Shown: positions 11,768-21,872 of the stretch, in pieces | Layout: each line of letters opens with the position of its first letter | Position numbering within the stretch: position 1 is the first letter of the stretch | Sequence record: MF385003.1 | Length of the DNA: 32,000 nt | Direction: 5' to 3' (one strand) | Translations under genes and position numbers: made by a program | Notes under the pieces: generated by a model | What the model was told of the DNA's origin: nothing | The model's input: only the letters and a program-made list of their open reading frames with translations | The model's database searches: none

Positions 11768-12763
11768 TTATGTAGTGACTATGTTTGAAGAATTGATCAG
11801 ATTTTTAACAGCATCTATAATTTGATGAGGTTGAATAACTGTCGCTTGCTCTAAACTACCATTATATGGTGTGGGTATATCTTGCGAAGATAATCTCACT
11901 ACCGGAGCATCTAATTCATCAAAAAGATGTTCATTAATTTGTGCAATTAGCTCTGCTCCTATTCCAGCTGTCTTCATACATTCTTCTACAATCAAAACTC
12001 GATGAGTCTTTTTTACAGATATAGAAATTGACTCTATATCTAATGGTTTTAAAGAAATAAGGTCTAAGACTTCTGGATTATAACCGTCGTTTAACAATAC
12101 TGGTAATGCCTGAATAACATGATGTCTCATTCTAGAATATGTCAGTATAGTAATATCTTCACCTTTACGAACTATTTCAGCTTTATCCAAAGGTATTAAA
12201 TATTCTTCTTGAGGAATTTCTTCTTGCAGATTATACAGAAGAACATGCTCAAAAAATACAACTGGATTATTATCTCGAATCGCGGACTTTAATAATCCTT
12301 TGGCATTATAAGGCGTCGAGCACGCGACAATCTTTAATCCAGGAATAGCTTGAAAATAAGCTTCCAATCTTTGAGAATGCTCTGCACCTAATTGTCTACC
12401 AACGCCTCCAGGTCCTCTAATGACTAAAGGTAATGTAAAATTACCTCCAGAAGTGTAGCGCAGCATTCCTGCATTATTGGAAATCTGATTAAATGCTAAT
12501 AATAAGAAACTCATATTCATGCCTTCAACAATTGGTCTGAGCCCTGTTATAGCTCCACCAATTGCCATACCAGTGAAACTATTTTCTGCAATTGGTGTAT
12601 CAAGCACTCTTAAATCTCCGTACTTGCTATGTAAATCTTTTGTTACTTTATAAGAACCACCGTAATGACCAACATCTTCACCTATTACACAAACAGTCAG
12701 ATCTCTCTCCATCTCTTCATCTGTTGCCGCTCTTAAAGCGTCAAACATAAAAACTTTACTCAT
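11768..12763 (-). CDS. pdhB: Pyruvate dehydrogenase E1 component beta subunit
   Basis: 331-aa ORF with the transketolase-like pyrimidine-binding and C-terminal domains of E1-beta (...[19 protein letters not shown]...[17 protein letters not shown]...). It starts 38 nt downstream of pdhA. The gene is called odpB in Porphyra. Confidence 0.93.
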   Translation of the reverse strand: MSKVFMFDALRAATDEEMERDLTVCVIGEDVGHYGGSYKVTKDLHSKYGDLRVLDTPIAENSFTGMAIGGAITGLRPIVEGMNMSFLLLAFNQISNNAGMLRYTSGGNFTLPLVIRGPGGVGRQLGAEHSQRLEAYFQAIPGLKIVACSTPYNAKGLLKSAIRDNNPVVFFEHVLLYNLQEEIPQEEYLIPLDKAEIVRKGEDITILTYSRMRHHVIQALPVLLNDGYNPEVLDLISLKPLDIESISISVKKTHRVLIVEECMKTAGIGAELIAQINEHLFDELDAPVVRLSSQDIPTPYNGSLEQATVIQPHQIIDAVKNLINSSNIVTT

Positions 12764-12801
12764 TTTAATATTTAGTTTTATAATTTCACAAATACCTAAA
12801 T

Positions 12802-13836
12802 TTAATTATCTGCAAAAAGATAACGTTTAAGTTCTAAGATATTAGGTTCTGGACTAGACATTGCAAATTCAACTGATTTTTGCAGGTCTATCTTTACTGC
12901 GCTCTGGATATCATTCAGCTCGTTTAAATCAGCTATTTTATTATCCAAAATATATTTTTTAAGTTTTTTAATAGGATCTCGTGCAACCCAAGCTTCTTTT
13001 TCTTGTCTTGACCGTAATTCATCAGGATCGGCAAGAGAATGGCCCCTAAATCGATATGTTAGTGCTTCTATTAATGTTGGACCTTGACCTTGTCTTGCTC
13101 GTTTTACTGCTTTTTCCGCGACTTGACGAACAGCTAATACATCCATACCATCAACTTCAACGCCAGGCAAACCAAATGCTTCTGCTTTTTTATGTATCTC
13201 TGGTATTGATGATGAACGATGATGTGCCATCCCTATGGCCCACTGATTATTTTCAACAACAAATATGATAGGTAACTTCCACAGAACTGCCATATTTAAA
13301 CATTCAAAAAATTGACCATTATTAGTTGTACCATCACCAAAAAAGCAAGCTGTCACTCTTAATTCTGCTGGTTCCTTTAATACTTGTTGTCTATAGATAC
13401 TTTGAAATGCAGCGCCTGTTGCTATTGGTATTCCTTCAGCAATGAATGCGAATCCACCTAAGAAATTGTGAGGGGCGGAAAAAATATGCATTGACCCACC
13501 TCGTCCCTTACTACAGCCAGTTTCTTTTCCAAAGAGTTCAGCCATTACATTTTGAGAAGGCACTCCTTTACTTAAGGCATGAACATGGTCTCGATAAGTG
13601 CTACAGACATAATCTGTTGAATCCAATAATTTGATCACACCTGTTGACACTGCTTCTTGACCATTATAAAGGTGAACGAACCCGAACATTTTACCTTTAT
13701 AATACATCTGAGCGCACATATCTTCGAAATTTCTGCCTAATAACATATCCTCATATAAGACTAGTAGCTTCTTTTTATTAAGATTTATTTGATTATAGTT
13801 AGTCAGCGGCAGTTCAACTTTCTTAGGATAACTCAT
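12802..13836 (-). CDS. pdhA: Pyruvate dehydrogenase E1 component alpha subunit
   Basis: 344-aa ORF with the thiamine-diphosphate binding region ...[19 protein letters not shown]... and the E1-alpha phospho-loop-like [12 protein letters not shown]. The gene is called odpA in Porphyra. Confidence 0.93.
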   Translation of the reverse strand: MSYPKKVELPLTNYNQINLNKKKLLVLYEDMLLGRNFEDMCAQMYYKGKMFGFVHLYNGQEAVSTGVIKLLDSTDYVCSTYRDHVHALSKGVPSQNVMAELFGKETGCSKGRGGSMHIFSAPHNFLGGFAFIAEGIPIATGAAFQSIYRQQVLKEPAELRVTACFFGDGTTNNGQFFECLNMAVLWKLPIIFVVENNQWAIGMAHHRSSSIPEIHKKAEAFGLPGVEVDGMDVLAVRQVAEKAVKRARQGQGPTLIEALTYRFRGHSLADPDELRSRQEKEAWVARDPIKKLKKYILDNKIADLNELNDIQSAVKIDLQKSVEFAMSSPEPNILELKRYLFADN

Positions 13837-14152
13837 GATTTATAAAGCAACCTCTAATCTAATTGTATTATATATAAGAATTTTCAAGTCGAAGTCTTGA
13901 ATAAGAAATAAACAAATTAAACAAATTATTGCATACTTTTTACTAAGAACTTTTGTAATTCTTTGAAACTAGTTTAGTATATCAAATTAATTTTGCTTAT
14001 ACTACAGATGTTTAAAAGTCGAATAAAAAAGTACTGATCCAGTATCAGCATAATAGTTAAAATAAATATAAATATAAGTAAATCGAATTCTCTCAAAAAA
14101 GTGACTATTATTAATAGTAAATCACTTAATATTTCTATATATTATTAAATAA

Positions 14153-15121
14153 ATGGCTACATCATCTTTATTTCATCCTATCGAAAAAGAATTATGCACT
14201 CTTGAGCGTAATCTTCAGGCAGTAGCAGGGACACGTCATCCTATTTTACACGCAGCCGCAAAACATTTATTTGAAGCGGGAGGCAAACGTTTGAGACCTG
14301 CCCTTGTACTGCTAGTAGCTAAGTCAACATCTGAGGAGCAAGAAGTTAACCCTGGTCAAGGAAGACTAGCGGAAATTACAGAGATTATACATACTGCAAG
14401 CTTAGTACATGACGATGTCATCGATGAGTGCGAAACACGAAGGGGAGAAAGAACTGTTCATAACTTATTTAATACTAAAATTGCTGTACTAGCTGGAGAT
14501 TTTCTTTTTGCACAATCTTCTTGGTATTTAGCTAACGTTGATAACTTAGAAGTAGTGCAAATAGTTTCAAAGGTGATTACAGACTTTGCCGAGGGGGAAA
14601 TAAGACAAGGGTTGGTTCATTTTGACCCAGGTATTTCAATAAATAATTATACTGAAAAATCATTTTATAAAACAGCTTCTTTAATGGCTGCAGGCTGTAA
14701 AGGAGCAGCTATGCTGAGTGGCTCAAGTTTTCAAATGCACAATGAGCTGTATTTATATGGTAAACATATGGGGTTAGCATTTCAAATTGTGGATGATATA
14801 TTAGATATAACAGGATCTACTGAAAGTCTAGGTAAGCCATCTGGGTCAGATCTTATGAACGGGAACTTAACTTCTCCTATACTGTTTGCTTTAACACAAG
14901 AAGATGAATTAAACCAATTGATACAAAGAGAATTTTGTGATGAAAAAGATCTTGCCTTAGCCTTGTTTTTAATTAAAAAGAGCGGCGGAATTACTAAAGC
15001 GAAAGATTTAGCAAAAGAACACGTGCAGGCAGCACTTCACTGCCTACAGCTTTTACCAAAATCTGCACCTGCATCTAGCTTAAAAGAGTTAACACATTTC
15101 ATAATCACAAGATTGTCGTAA
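14153..15121 (+). CDS. preA: Polyprenyl (solanesyl-type) diphosphate synthase
   Basis: 322-aa ORF with both aspartate-rich motifs of trans-prenyltransferases: LVHDDVIDE and FQIVDDILD. Confidence 0.9.
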   Translation: MATSSLFHPIEKELCTLERNLQAVAGTRHPILHAAAKHLFEAGGKRLRPALVLLVAKSTSEEQEVNPGQGRLAEITEIIHTASLVHDDVIDECETRRGERTVHNLFNTKIAVLAGDFLFAQSSWYLANVDNLEVVQIVSKVITDFAEGEIRQGLVHFDPGISINNYTEKSFYKTASLMAAGCKGAAMLSGSSFQMHNELYLYGKHMGLAFQIVDDILDITGSTESLGKPSGSDLMNGNLTSPILFALTQEDELNQLIQREFCDEKDLALALFLIKKSGGITKAKDLAKEHVQAALHCLQLLPKSAPASSLKELTHFIITRLS

Positions 15122-15150
15122 AATACTTGCTAGAACTGAAAATGTTTTAA

Positions 15151-15498
15151 CTACTTTTTGACTGTCTCTAAAACAGCTTGAAAGGTCTTAATGTCATTGC
15201 TAGCTAACTGTGCTAGCATTTTACGATTTAATGCAATATTATCTTTTTTCAATGCAGTAATAAAAGTACTATAGTTCATACCTTGACTATGTGCTGCCGC
15301 ATTAATCCTAGTTATCCAGAGGCGACGGAAATCTCTTTTTTTTCTTTTGCGACCAACATAAGAGTATCTTAGAGCTTTGAGAACCTGCTGCTTCGCCGTC
15401 CTAAATAAAGAATTATGTGCTCCTTTGAAGCCCTTGGCGAGCTTAAATATTTTAGTTCTTCTTTTTCTTGCTACATTACCTCTTTTAACTCTGCTCAT
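15151..15498 (-). CDS. rpl20: Ribosomal protein L20
   Basis: 115-aa basic [31 protein letters not shown]..., the canonical L20 N-terminus. It lies 55 nt downstream of rpl35. Confidence 0.96.
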   Translation of the reverse strand: MSRVKRGNVARKRRTKIFKLAKGFKGAHNSLFRTAKQQVLKALRYSYVGRKRKKRDFRRLWITRINAAAHSQGMNYSTFITALKKDNIALNRKMLAQLASNDIKTFQAVLETVKK

Positions 15499-15553
15499 AA
15501 AATATTACTTAAAATTGAATTACCTACGGTTATTATATCTAAACACTTTTTAA

Positions 15554-15751
15554 TTATAAATAAGGTAGATTAATAGAGATATTCTTTTTATCTCTGTCAT
15601 CAACCTGACAGGTAGAGGAAAGATGTCTTCTCTGCTTCGAAGACTTCTTCTGAAGTAAATGACTTTTTGACGCTTTATGCCGAAGAAATTTTCCTAATGA
15701 AGAAACTTTGAATCTTTTTGCAATTGCTTTTGATGTTTTTAGCTTAGGCAT
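15554..15751 (-). CDS. rpl35: Ribosomal protein L35
   Basis: 65-aa basic ORF MPKLKTSKAIAKRFKVSSLGKFLRHKASKSHLL..., the canonical L35 sequence in the rpl35-rpl20 arrangement. Confidence 0.93.
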   Translation of the reverse strand: MPKLKTSKAIAKRFKVSSLGKFLRHKASKSHLLQKKSSKQRRHLSSTCQVDDRDKKNISINLPYL

Positions 15752-15777
15752 ATTATAAACTTGTAATTATTAGCAAA

Positions 15778-15815
15778 AGTATGAAAAGTCTAAAAATATT
15801 AGACTTTTCAATACT
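15778..15815 (-). terminator. Stem-loop between pbsA (upstream) and rpl35 (downstream)
   Basis: 10-bp perfect stem gaaaagtcta (15783-15792) / tagacttttc (15800-15809) with a 7-nt loop. It is extended by agtat/atact across a 1-nt bulge. Confidence 0.4.
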
Positions 15816-15890
15816 TCAGATAATCTTAACACAAATTAAATTACTTACTACAGGAATTTGATGAAACAATTTATATGTAGTAGAAAAAAT

Positions 15891-16601
15891 TTAATCAGCA
15901 GTAGCTAGTACTGATTTTGATTTAAATTTTTGTACAGTATTTACAATTATCATTGTAATTATTTTTACCATACTGGAATTTAACTCTTCAAACATTTTCA
16001 TATTTAAAGTAAATGAGATATTAGCTTCTGAGACAATATTTTGAACCTGATCAGAAGACAAAGGGATTGTGTCTAAAGCAGATCGATAACTATTTTTAAA
16101 AATTTTATCATCTTCTATTTCGTCAAAATCATAAAATTTTGTACCTCTCTCATCAGAGAGATTCATTGCTCCTCTAGCTATTTTTTTTAATATTTGACCG
16201 CCGGACAGGTCTCCAAGATAACGCGTATAGGCATGTGCAACTAGTAATTCTGGTTGCTTATCACCAATATTGTGAATTCTATCAACATATACTTTAGTTG
16301 CAGAAGATGGCTCAATAATATTTAACCAATCGGATCCATAATAATAATTTAAATCTTCAGCCAAACTAATTTTTCTATTTAATTCTGTGAAATATATTGG
16401 CTGGATAGCTGGATGATCTTTATTTACCAGCATCTCTTCCTCTATAGCACAATACACAAAATATAAGTTAGCAACTAATTGACGATATGACTTTTTATCT
16501 ACAACTCCACCTAAAAAAGACTTCACAAAACTAACATTTTCTGCCATGCTATGTGACTTTGTTGTTCCTTCTCTTAGTTCATTAGCTAAGCTACTAACCA
16601 T
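15891..16601 (-). CDS. pbsA: Heme oxygenase (phycobilin biosynthesis)
   Basis: 236-aa ORF with the HO-1 family N-terminus LANELREGTTKSHSMAENVSFVKSFLGG and YTRYLGDLSGGQILKKI. Confidence 0.93.
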   Translation of the reverse strand: MVSSLANELREGTTKSHSMAENVSFVKSFLGGVVDKKSYRQLVANLYFVYCAIEEEMLVNKDHPAIQPIYFTELNRKISLAEDLNYYYGSDWLNIIEPSSATKVYVDRIHNIGDKQPELLVAHAYTRYLGDLSGGQILKKIARGAMNLSDERGTKFYDFDEIEDDKIFKNSYRSALDTIPLSSDQVQNIVSEANISFTLNMKMFEELNSSMVKIITMIIVNTVQKFKSKSVLATAD

Positions 16602-16677
16602 AATATTAATTTTCCATGTTATAAAGATAACTAAGCTATATTGATAGTATGTTATCTCAGTATTTAATTTTCACAAA

Positions 16678-17277
16678 TTATGCAGCCGCAAAATAATTTT
16701 TAGATTTTATAGGATCTGGATTCATTGTTTTATCACCAGGTTTCCAGTTTGCTGGGCACACTTCATCTGGATGGGCTTGGACATACTGAATTGCTTGCAA
16801 AACTCTTAAAGTTTCTTCTACACTTCTTCCAAACTCAAGATTATTAATAGTAGAATATTGAATTATACCTTTAGGATCTATAATAAATAATCCTCTTAGG
16901 GCTACACCAGCATTATTTAAGACGTTATAGGCAATACTGATTTCTTTTTTGAGATCTGATAATAAAGGATACTCAAGATCTCCTAATCCACCAGATTCTC
17001 GATCTGTTTGTAACCAAGCTAAGTGAGAATATTCACTATCCACAGAAACACCTAAAACTTCTGTGTCAAGTTCAGAAAAAGCAGAATACTTATCACTAAA
17101 GGCAGTTATTTCTGTGGGGCAAACAAACGTAAAATCTAAAGGGTAAAAAAATAAAATAACATACTTATTTTTAAAGTCGGATAATTTTATTGTTTTAAAT
17201 TCTTGGTCATAAACAGCCGTAGCTGAAAAGTCAGGCGCGATCTGGCCTACTTGAAGACAATTTTGTCCTGAAATCAT
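16678..17277 (-). CDS. ycf42: Typical 2-Cys peroxiredoxin (thioredoxin peroxidase)
   Basis: 199-aa ORF with the peroxidatic Cys motif [14 protein letters not shown] and the resolving Cys in EVCPANW. This is ycf42 of red-algal plastids. Confidence 0.93.
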   Translation of the reverse strand: MISGQNCLQVGQIAPDFSATAVYDQEFKTIKLSDFKNKYVILFFYPLDFTFVCPTEITAFSDKYSAFSELDTEVLGVSVDSEYSHLAWLQTDRESGGLGDLEYPLLSDLKKEISIAYNVLNNAGVALRGLFIIDPKGIIQYSTINNLEFGRSVEETLRVLQAIQYVQAHPDEVCPANWKPGDKTMNPDPIKSKNYFAAA

Positions 17278-17412
17278 TAATTTTGTCCAGAAGAATTAAT
17301 ATAATTTTGTTATTTAATAGATTATTATATAACAAAATTTAGTATATATGAAAATGATACCAGTCTTTTTAAAATTATCAAATCCATAGATTATATAATA
17401 ATACTATTTTTA

Positions 17413-17486
<74 letters not shown>

Positions 17487-17543
17487 AATATATAGAATAA
17501 TAGTAGTCTATTCATAGATATAAAAGCAAATATAAGTTCTATT

Positions 17544-18041
17544 TTAAAAATAAAAGAATAAAATAGCAGGTGCAGTGGTCATTAGACTTAAACAAGATAA
17601 AGTATTTTTAATTTTATTTAATAAAGGAAAAACTTCATATAAGCCTATGAATCGATCTTTCACTAATATTTCTGACGGTTTTACCCAAATTTGGCCATCA
17701 TACCACCCTGATTCTTCATAGAACACAGTAGCGCTCATTAATCTCTTAACAACATAAGACCATCCTAGATACAGTCTGATCAAAATAAAGCATGTTATCA
17801 AACTAGAAGTTATGAATTCTGAAAAGAAAAATTTCAAAGGCAGTTTAGCAATTGGAAAAATTGAAAGCAAAATAGGACTTACTAAGAAACAACTTACAAT
17901 AAGAGTAATAGTAATTTTCTTATTATAAGAATAACTACTCAAAGTTGGCCAGCAGAAGAACCAAGAATTTTTTAAAGAATTATATTCATTGACTGGTTGT
18001 TGCTCAAGAGGCACAGGGCATTGATTATTATATAAATTCAT
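17544..18041 (-). CDS. ycf36: Conserved plastid/cyanobacterial membrane protein Ycf36 (DUF1230 / CGLD27-like)
   Basis: 165-aa ORF with N-terminal CPVPLEQQPVNEYNSLKNSWFFCWPT, two hydrophobic segments, then ...FYEESGWYDGQIWVKP..., which matches my recollection of Ycf36. Confidence 0.7.
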   Translation of the reverse strand: MNLYNNQCPVPLEQQPVNEYNSLKNSWFFCWPTLSSYSYNKKITITLIVSCFLVSPILLSIFPIAKLPLKFFFSEFITSSLITCFILIRLYLGWSYVVKRLMSATVFYEESGWYDGQIWVKPSEILVKDRFIGLYEVFPLLNKIKNTLSCLSLMTTAPAILFFYF

Positions 18042-18098
18042 TGAAGTTAAAATTTATTTTTCCAAAAATTTATTTATCAAGTTTAAACAAAAGTAAAG

Positions 18099-18314
18099 TT
18101 AATTAATTGCAATAACGGTAGTCAATAATAAGAATAAAACTAGAAAAAGCCAAGTTACTTGATTTAAAGTATTTTCAGTGCTACGAGTATTACTAAAGAA
18201 CTGATTTTGAGAGCCTATAGTACCTAAGCCTTCAGATTTAGGATTGTGTATAAGTATACTAAAGATCAATATTATTGTTGATGCATACCAGAGAAATTTT
18301 AAAACTTGTTCCAT
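18099..18314 (-). CDS. secG: Preprotein translocase subunit SecG
   Basis: The track ORF begins at TTG 18347. The first ATG at 18314 gives a 71-aa protein MEQVLKFLWYASTIILIFSILIHNPKSEGLG... with two TM segments flanking the conserved SecG loop. This is ycf47 of red algae. Confidence 0.8.
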   Translation of the reverse strand: MEQVLKFLWYASTIILIFSILIHNPKSEGLGTIGSQNQFFSNTRSTENTLNQVTWLFLVLFLLLTTVIAIN

Positions 18315-18389
18315 TTTTAAGAAATTAATAAAATAATACAAAGACAATCAGTTTCAAAATTTTGATTGTCTTATTAGAGTAAATAATAT

Positions 18390-18488
18390 TTACTCACCTT
18401 GTACTTTTAAGAGCAAAAATCCTACTGCTAGTCCTACTAAGACTAAAACAGAACTTAAAATAGCACTTTCTATAATCTCTTTGCCCAT
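18390..18488 (-). CDS. petM: Cytochrome b6f complex subunit VII (PetM)
   Basis: Not in the ORF track. Hand translation of the minus strand gives MGKEIIESAILSSVLVLVGLAVGFLLLKVQGE* (32 aa). It is a single TM helix ending LLLKVQGE, as in PetM (ycf31). Confidence 0.8.
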   Translation of the reverse strand: MGKEIIESAILSSVLVLVGLAVGFLLLKVQGE

Positions 18489-18541
18489 TTTTAGTTTTCC
18501 TTATTATTTTTGAAATTTTATATACAATATTACAGCAGTAT

Positions 18542-18631
18542 TTAGAATCCGTTTCTACCCCAGACTACCATAGCGATAGAGAAAGTAAACATTGCCATCA
18601 AAGCCGCCCAACCCAAACTCAAAATATCCAT
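18542..18631 (-). CDS. petN: Cytochrome b6f complex subunit VIII (PetN)
   Basis: Not in the ORF track. Hand translation gives (M)[29 protein letters not shown], the canonical 29-aa PetN (ycf6). An extra in-frame ATG sits at 18634. Confidence 0.88.
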   Translation of the reverse strand: MDILSLGWAALMAMFTFSIAMVVWGRNGF

Positions 18632-18679
18632 CATCTATAATATCCAAAAAAAAATAAGATCTCTTTTACTTAAAATATA

Positions 18680-18701
18680 ATATTCTTAATATTAAGAATA
18701 T
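18680..18701. repeat. 22-bp perfect palindrome in the petN / acsF divergent spacer
   Basis: atattcttaat|attaagaatat. All 11 pairs were checked base by base, and the symmetry breaks at 18679/18702. Confidence 0.85.
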
Positions 18702-18967
18702 CATTATATAATAAGCTAATTATAACAGAGTAATACTTAATTCGTATTTTTAATGCATTTAGAAAAGATTAGATTTAGAATAAATAATAAATATATATTT
18801 AGTCTTTTAATCTATATCGAATAACATTACTTTCTATTAAAATAATTAAATAGAAATATACATAACATTTTTTAATACGAATCATTGTATGAATTAGTAT
18901 ACAGATAAATAATATGTGTAGCATTGATCTGCTTAGCATTCTAAAAAAGGAATTTACTGCTTCAATT

Positions 18968-20017
18968 ATGCAAACAACAATACAGAAAGAACAAGTATCT
19001 AACAAGGAAACTTTATTAACGCCTAGATTTTATACTACAGATTTTGAAGAAATGGCTAGTATGAATATTTCTGAAAATGAGCAAGATTTTTTTGCTATTT
19101 TAGAAGAATTTAGAGCAGACTATAACAGTCAACACTTCATTAGAGACGAAGAATTTAATCAGTCATGGTCGAATTTAGAGAATAAAACTAAATCTTTATT
19201 TATTGAATTCCTGGAAAGATCTTGTACAGCAGAATTTTCGGGATTTTTACTATATAAAGAATTATCTCGCAAATTAAAAGATAGCAATCCCATTATTGCT
19301 GAATGCTTTTTATTGATGTCAAGAGATGAAGCTCGTCACGCTGGATTTTTAAATAAGGCTATTGGGGATTTCAATTTATCATTAGACTTAGGGTTTTTAA
19401 CAAAGAGTCGAAAATATACTTTCTTTTCGCCAAAATTTATTTTTTACGCTACATATCTGTCAGAAAAAATAGGTTACTGGCGGTATATTACTATATACCG
19501 CCATATGGAACAGTATCCAGAACACCGTATTTATCCTATTTTTAAGTTTTTTGAGAACTGGTGTCAAGACGAAAATCGTCATGGGGATTTTTTTGCAGCA
19601 TTATTAAAATCTCAGCCACACTTTCTAAATGACTGGAAAGCAAAAATGTGGTGCAGATTTTTCTTACTTAGTGTATTTGCAACAATGTACTTAAATGACT
19701 TTCAGAGGGTCGATTTTTATAATGCTATTGGTCTAGACTCTAGACAATATGATATGCAAGTAATCCGAAAAACTAACGAAAGCGCTGCCAGGGTTTTCCC
19801 TGTTGCGCTAGATGTCGACAATCCACAATTTTTCAAGTATTTAGATAGTTGTGCTTGTAATAACAGAGCTTTGATTGATATTGATAAGCAAAATTTTCTA
19901 CCGTTTGTAACAACTTTTATGAAAGTACCTTTATACATGTCCCTTATGTTGAACTTAATCAAAATATACCTGATTAAACCAATAGATTCACAAGCTGTAT
20001 GGAATACAGTAAGATAA
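18968..20017 (+). CDS. acsF: Mg-protoporphyrin IX monomethyl ester oxidative cyclase (aerobic)
   Basis: Di-iron carboxylate motifs ...RDEARHAGF... and ...QDENRHGDF.... Homologues (ycf59) begin MQTT..., so I start at ATG 18968 (349 aa) rather than the track ATG at 18914. Confidence 0.92.
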   Translation: MQTTIQKEQVSNKETLLTPRFYTTDFEEMASMNISENEQDFFAILEEFRADYNSQHFIRDEEFNQSWSNLENKTKSLFIEFLERSCTAEFSGFLLYKELSRKLKDSNPIIAECFLLMSRDEARHAGFLNKAIGDFNLSLDLGFLTKSRKYTFFSPKFIFYATYLSEKIGYWRYITIYRHMEQYPEHRIYPIFKFFENWCQDENRHGDFFAALLKSQPHFLNDWKAKMWCRFFLLSVFATMYLNDFQRVDFYNAIGLDSRQYDMQVIRKTNESAARVFPVALDVDNPQFFKYLDSCACNNRALIDIDKQNFLPFVTTFMKVPLYMSLMLNLIKIYLIKPIDSQAVWNTVR

Positions 20018-20082
20018 TTAATAAAAATAGACAAGATACATAGAATTATATAAAATAATTGCTTATGTCTTGTTAAAATGGA

Positions 20083-20114
20083 AAACACCCATATTATATT
20101 AATCATGGGTGTTT
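20083..20114. terminator. Stem-loop between convergent acsF and chlB
   Basis: Perfect 10-bp stem aaacacccat (20083-20092) / atgggtgttt (20105-20114) with a 12-nt loop. An imperfect second hairpin (acaaga..cat / atgtcttgt) lies just upstream. Confidence 0.5.
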
Positions 20115-20129
20115 ATATAGTTTATACAG

Positions 20130-21653
20130 TTAGGAACTTATTTTTTCTTTTGCCTCATACATAACTTCTAAAGTGATTAAGTTTCTAGAACAATCTCGAG
20201 CAAATTTTTCAGTATTTCGTTTTACTTTGCCTCTCACAAAACCTGGTATTTTACTTAGTTCTTTTTGGGCTTCATCTGACCAATTAAGACTTTCACCAGC
20301 TGAAATACCGATACTTAGAGCTTCTGTTGTATCATGTCCGCCAAATATTTCTAATAGGTGGTCTTCCATACCTAAAGTAAATGAGTTATAAACTAAATCA
20401 GCTATTTGATTTGTACCTTCATATCCAAGAAATGGGCGATAGCTTAATGGGAAATTTTGAATATGAACAGGAGAAGAAATAACTCCGCAAGGAATATTTA
20501 GTCGTTTACCAATATGCCGCTCCATTTGAGTTCCAAAAATTGCAGCTGGCTCTGTCTTAGCAATTAAATCTCCAATGAGACCATGATCATCTGAGATAAT
20601 CACTTCATCACAAAACCCTTTGACTTGTTCCCTAAACCATTCTTCATCATATTTGCAATAAGTCCCGCACCAAGCAACGTGTATGCCCATTTCTTGATGC
20701 AAGATTCTAGTCATTGCAGCTGCATGAGTTGAATCTCCAAAAACAATTGCTTTTTTGCCTGTCAAATTTTGGCAATCAATAGATCTAGAAAACCACGCTG
20801 ATTGCGAAATAAATCTAGTTTGTTCATCTATATATTTCTCATAATTAACGTTTGCTCCCAGAGCATTAACAAGCTTCTCAATAGATCTAATAGAGGTAGC
20901 AGTTTGAACAATACCCATTGGAGTAATATCAATATATGGCATATTAAATTCTTTCTTAAGATACAAAGCTGTCATTAGACCTGTTTCTCGATAAGGGACA
21001 AAGTTAAACCAAGCAGATGGTAGTTTTTTTAGATCATGGACAGAGGCATTTTCAGGTATTACCTGATTTATCTGTATATCTAAATCTTGGAATAATCTTT
21101 TTAGTTCTGAGATATCATGCTGATTATGAAATCCTAAACTAACGGCACCAATAATATTAACTGACGGCTTTATAGTTTTTTTAGTTAAGATATTATTGCA
21201 TTTCGCTTTTTCCATATAAAAAGTAACAATTTGCTCAAGAGTTCTATCACTAGCTTGAAGCTCATTAACTCTATAATGATTAACATCTGCTAATAGAACG
21301 TCTGCTTCTGTTTCTATTGAAGCTCGACTAACAAAATTTTGCAGATCTTCTTGTAGAATACTCGAAGTACAAGTTGGAGTTAATATAACTAAATCGGGTT
21401 TTTCTTCTCTATCTTTTCTTGTTATATTTTCTACTACTTTTTCTTGAGAACCCCTAGCTAATACATGCCTATCTACTACACTAGCCGTAACAGGAGTAAA
21501 ATCTCTATCTCTTTCAAGCATTGAACGCATTACATTAAAGTAATCATCTCCAAGAGGTGCATGCATAATTGCATGCACGTTTTTAAACGAACTAGCAACT
21601 CTTAAAGTTCCAATATGAGCTGGGCCTGCATACATCCAATAAGCTAATTTCAT
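20130..21653 (-). CDS. chlB: Light-independent protochlorophyllide reductase (DPOR) subunit B
   Basis: 507-aa [59 protein letters not shown]..., the canonical ChlB sequence. Confidence 0.96.
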   Translation of the reverse strand: MKLAYWMYAGPAHIGTLRVASSFKNVHAIMHAPLGDDYFNVMRSMLERDRDFTPVTASVVDRHVLARGSQEKVVENITRKDREEKPDLVILTPTCTSSILQEDLQNFVSRASIETEADVLLADVNHYRVNELQASDRTLEQIVTFYMEKAKCNNILTKKTIKPSVNIIGAVSLGFHNQHDISELKRLFQDLDIQINQVIPENASVHDLKKLPSAWFNFVPYRETGLMTALYLKKEFNMPYIDITPMGIVQTATSIRSIEKLVNALGANVNYEKYIDEQTRFISQSAWFSRSIDCQNLTGKKAIVFGDSTHAAAMTRILHQEMGIHVAWCGTYCKYDEEWFREQVKGFCDEVIISDDHGLIGDLIAKTEPAAIFGTQMERHIGKRLNIPCGVISSPVHIQNFPLSYRPFLGYEGTNQIADLVYNSFTLGMEDHLLEIFGGHDTTEALSIGISAGESLNWSDEAQKELSKIPGFVRGKVKRNTEKFARDCSRNLITLEVMYEAKEKISS

Positions 21654-21872
21654 ATTAAATTTCCGTCTGATTTATGTAAATATAGTAATACTTTTAGATT
21701 TAGCTAACAAATAAAAACCACTCATATATTCTTACTCTGTAATGATTTTTAATATTTTCAGATACAGATCTTCATCATTAATATTTAAGCTAGAAATCAA
21801 AACTAACATACCAATCTTAAAAGTAAAGATTTCTTGCAGTTATAGTTTTTCTTTCAGTAAACATGTAAAAAT

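Noticed and set aside
13056-13634. Two plus-strand ORFs (13056-13268, 13446-13634) inside pdhA
   Set aside because: They are antisense shadow ORFs. One is an L/D/V repeat artefact of the complementary codons.
18914-18967. Upstream ATG extension of acsF ([18 protein letters not shown])
   Set aside because: Homologues start at MQTT.... The extension has no conserved counterpart, though it cannot be excluded without N-terminal data.
18799-19005. 68-aa minus-strand ORF across the acsF 5' end and upstream spacer
   Set aside because: It is AT-rich and low-complexity (I/L/C/F/Y), overlaps the acsF start and has no motif.
19717-20391. Antisense ORFs 19717-20106 (minus) over the acsF 3' end and 20173-20391 (plus) inside chlB
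   Set aside because: Both lie opposite conserved coding sequence and have no recognisable domains.
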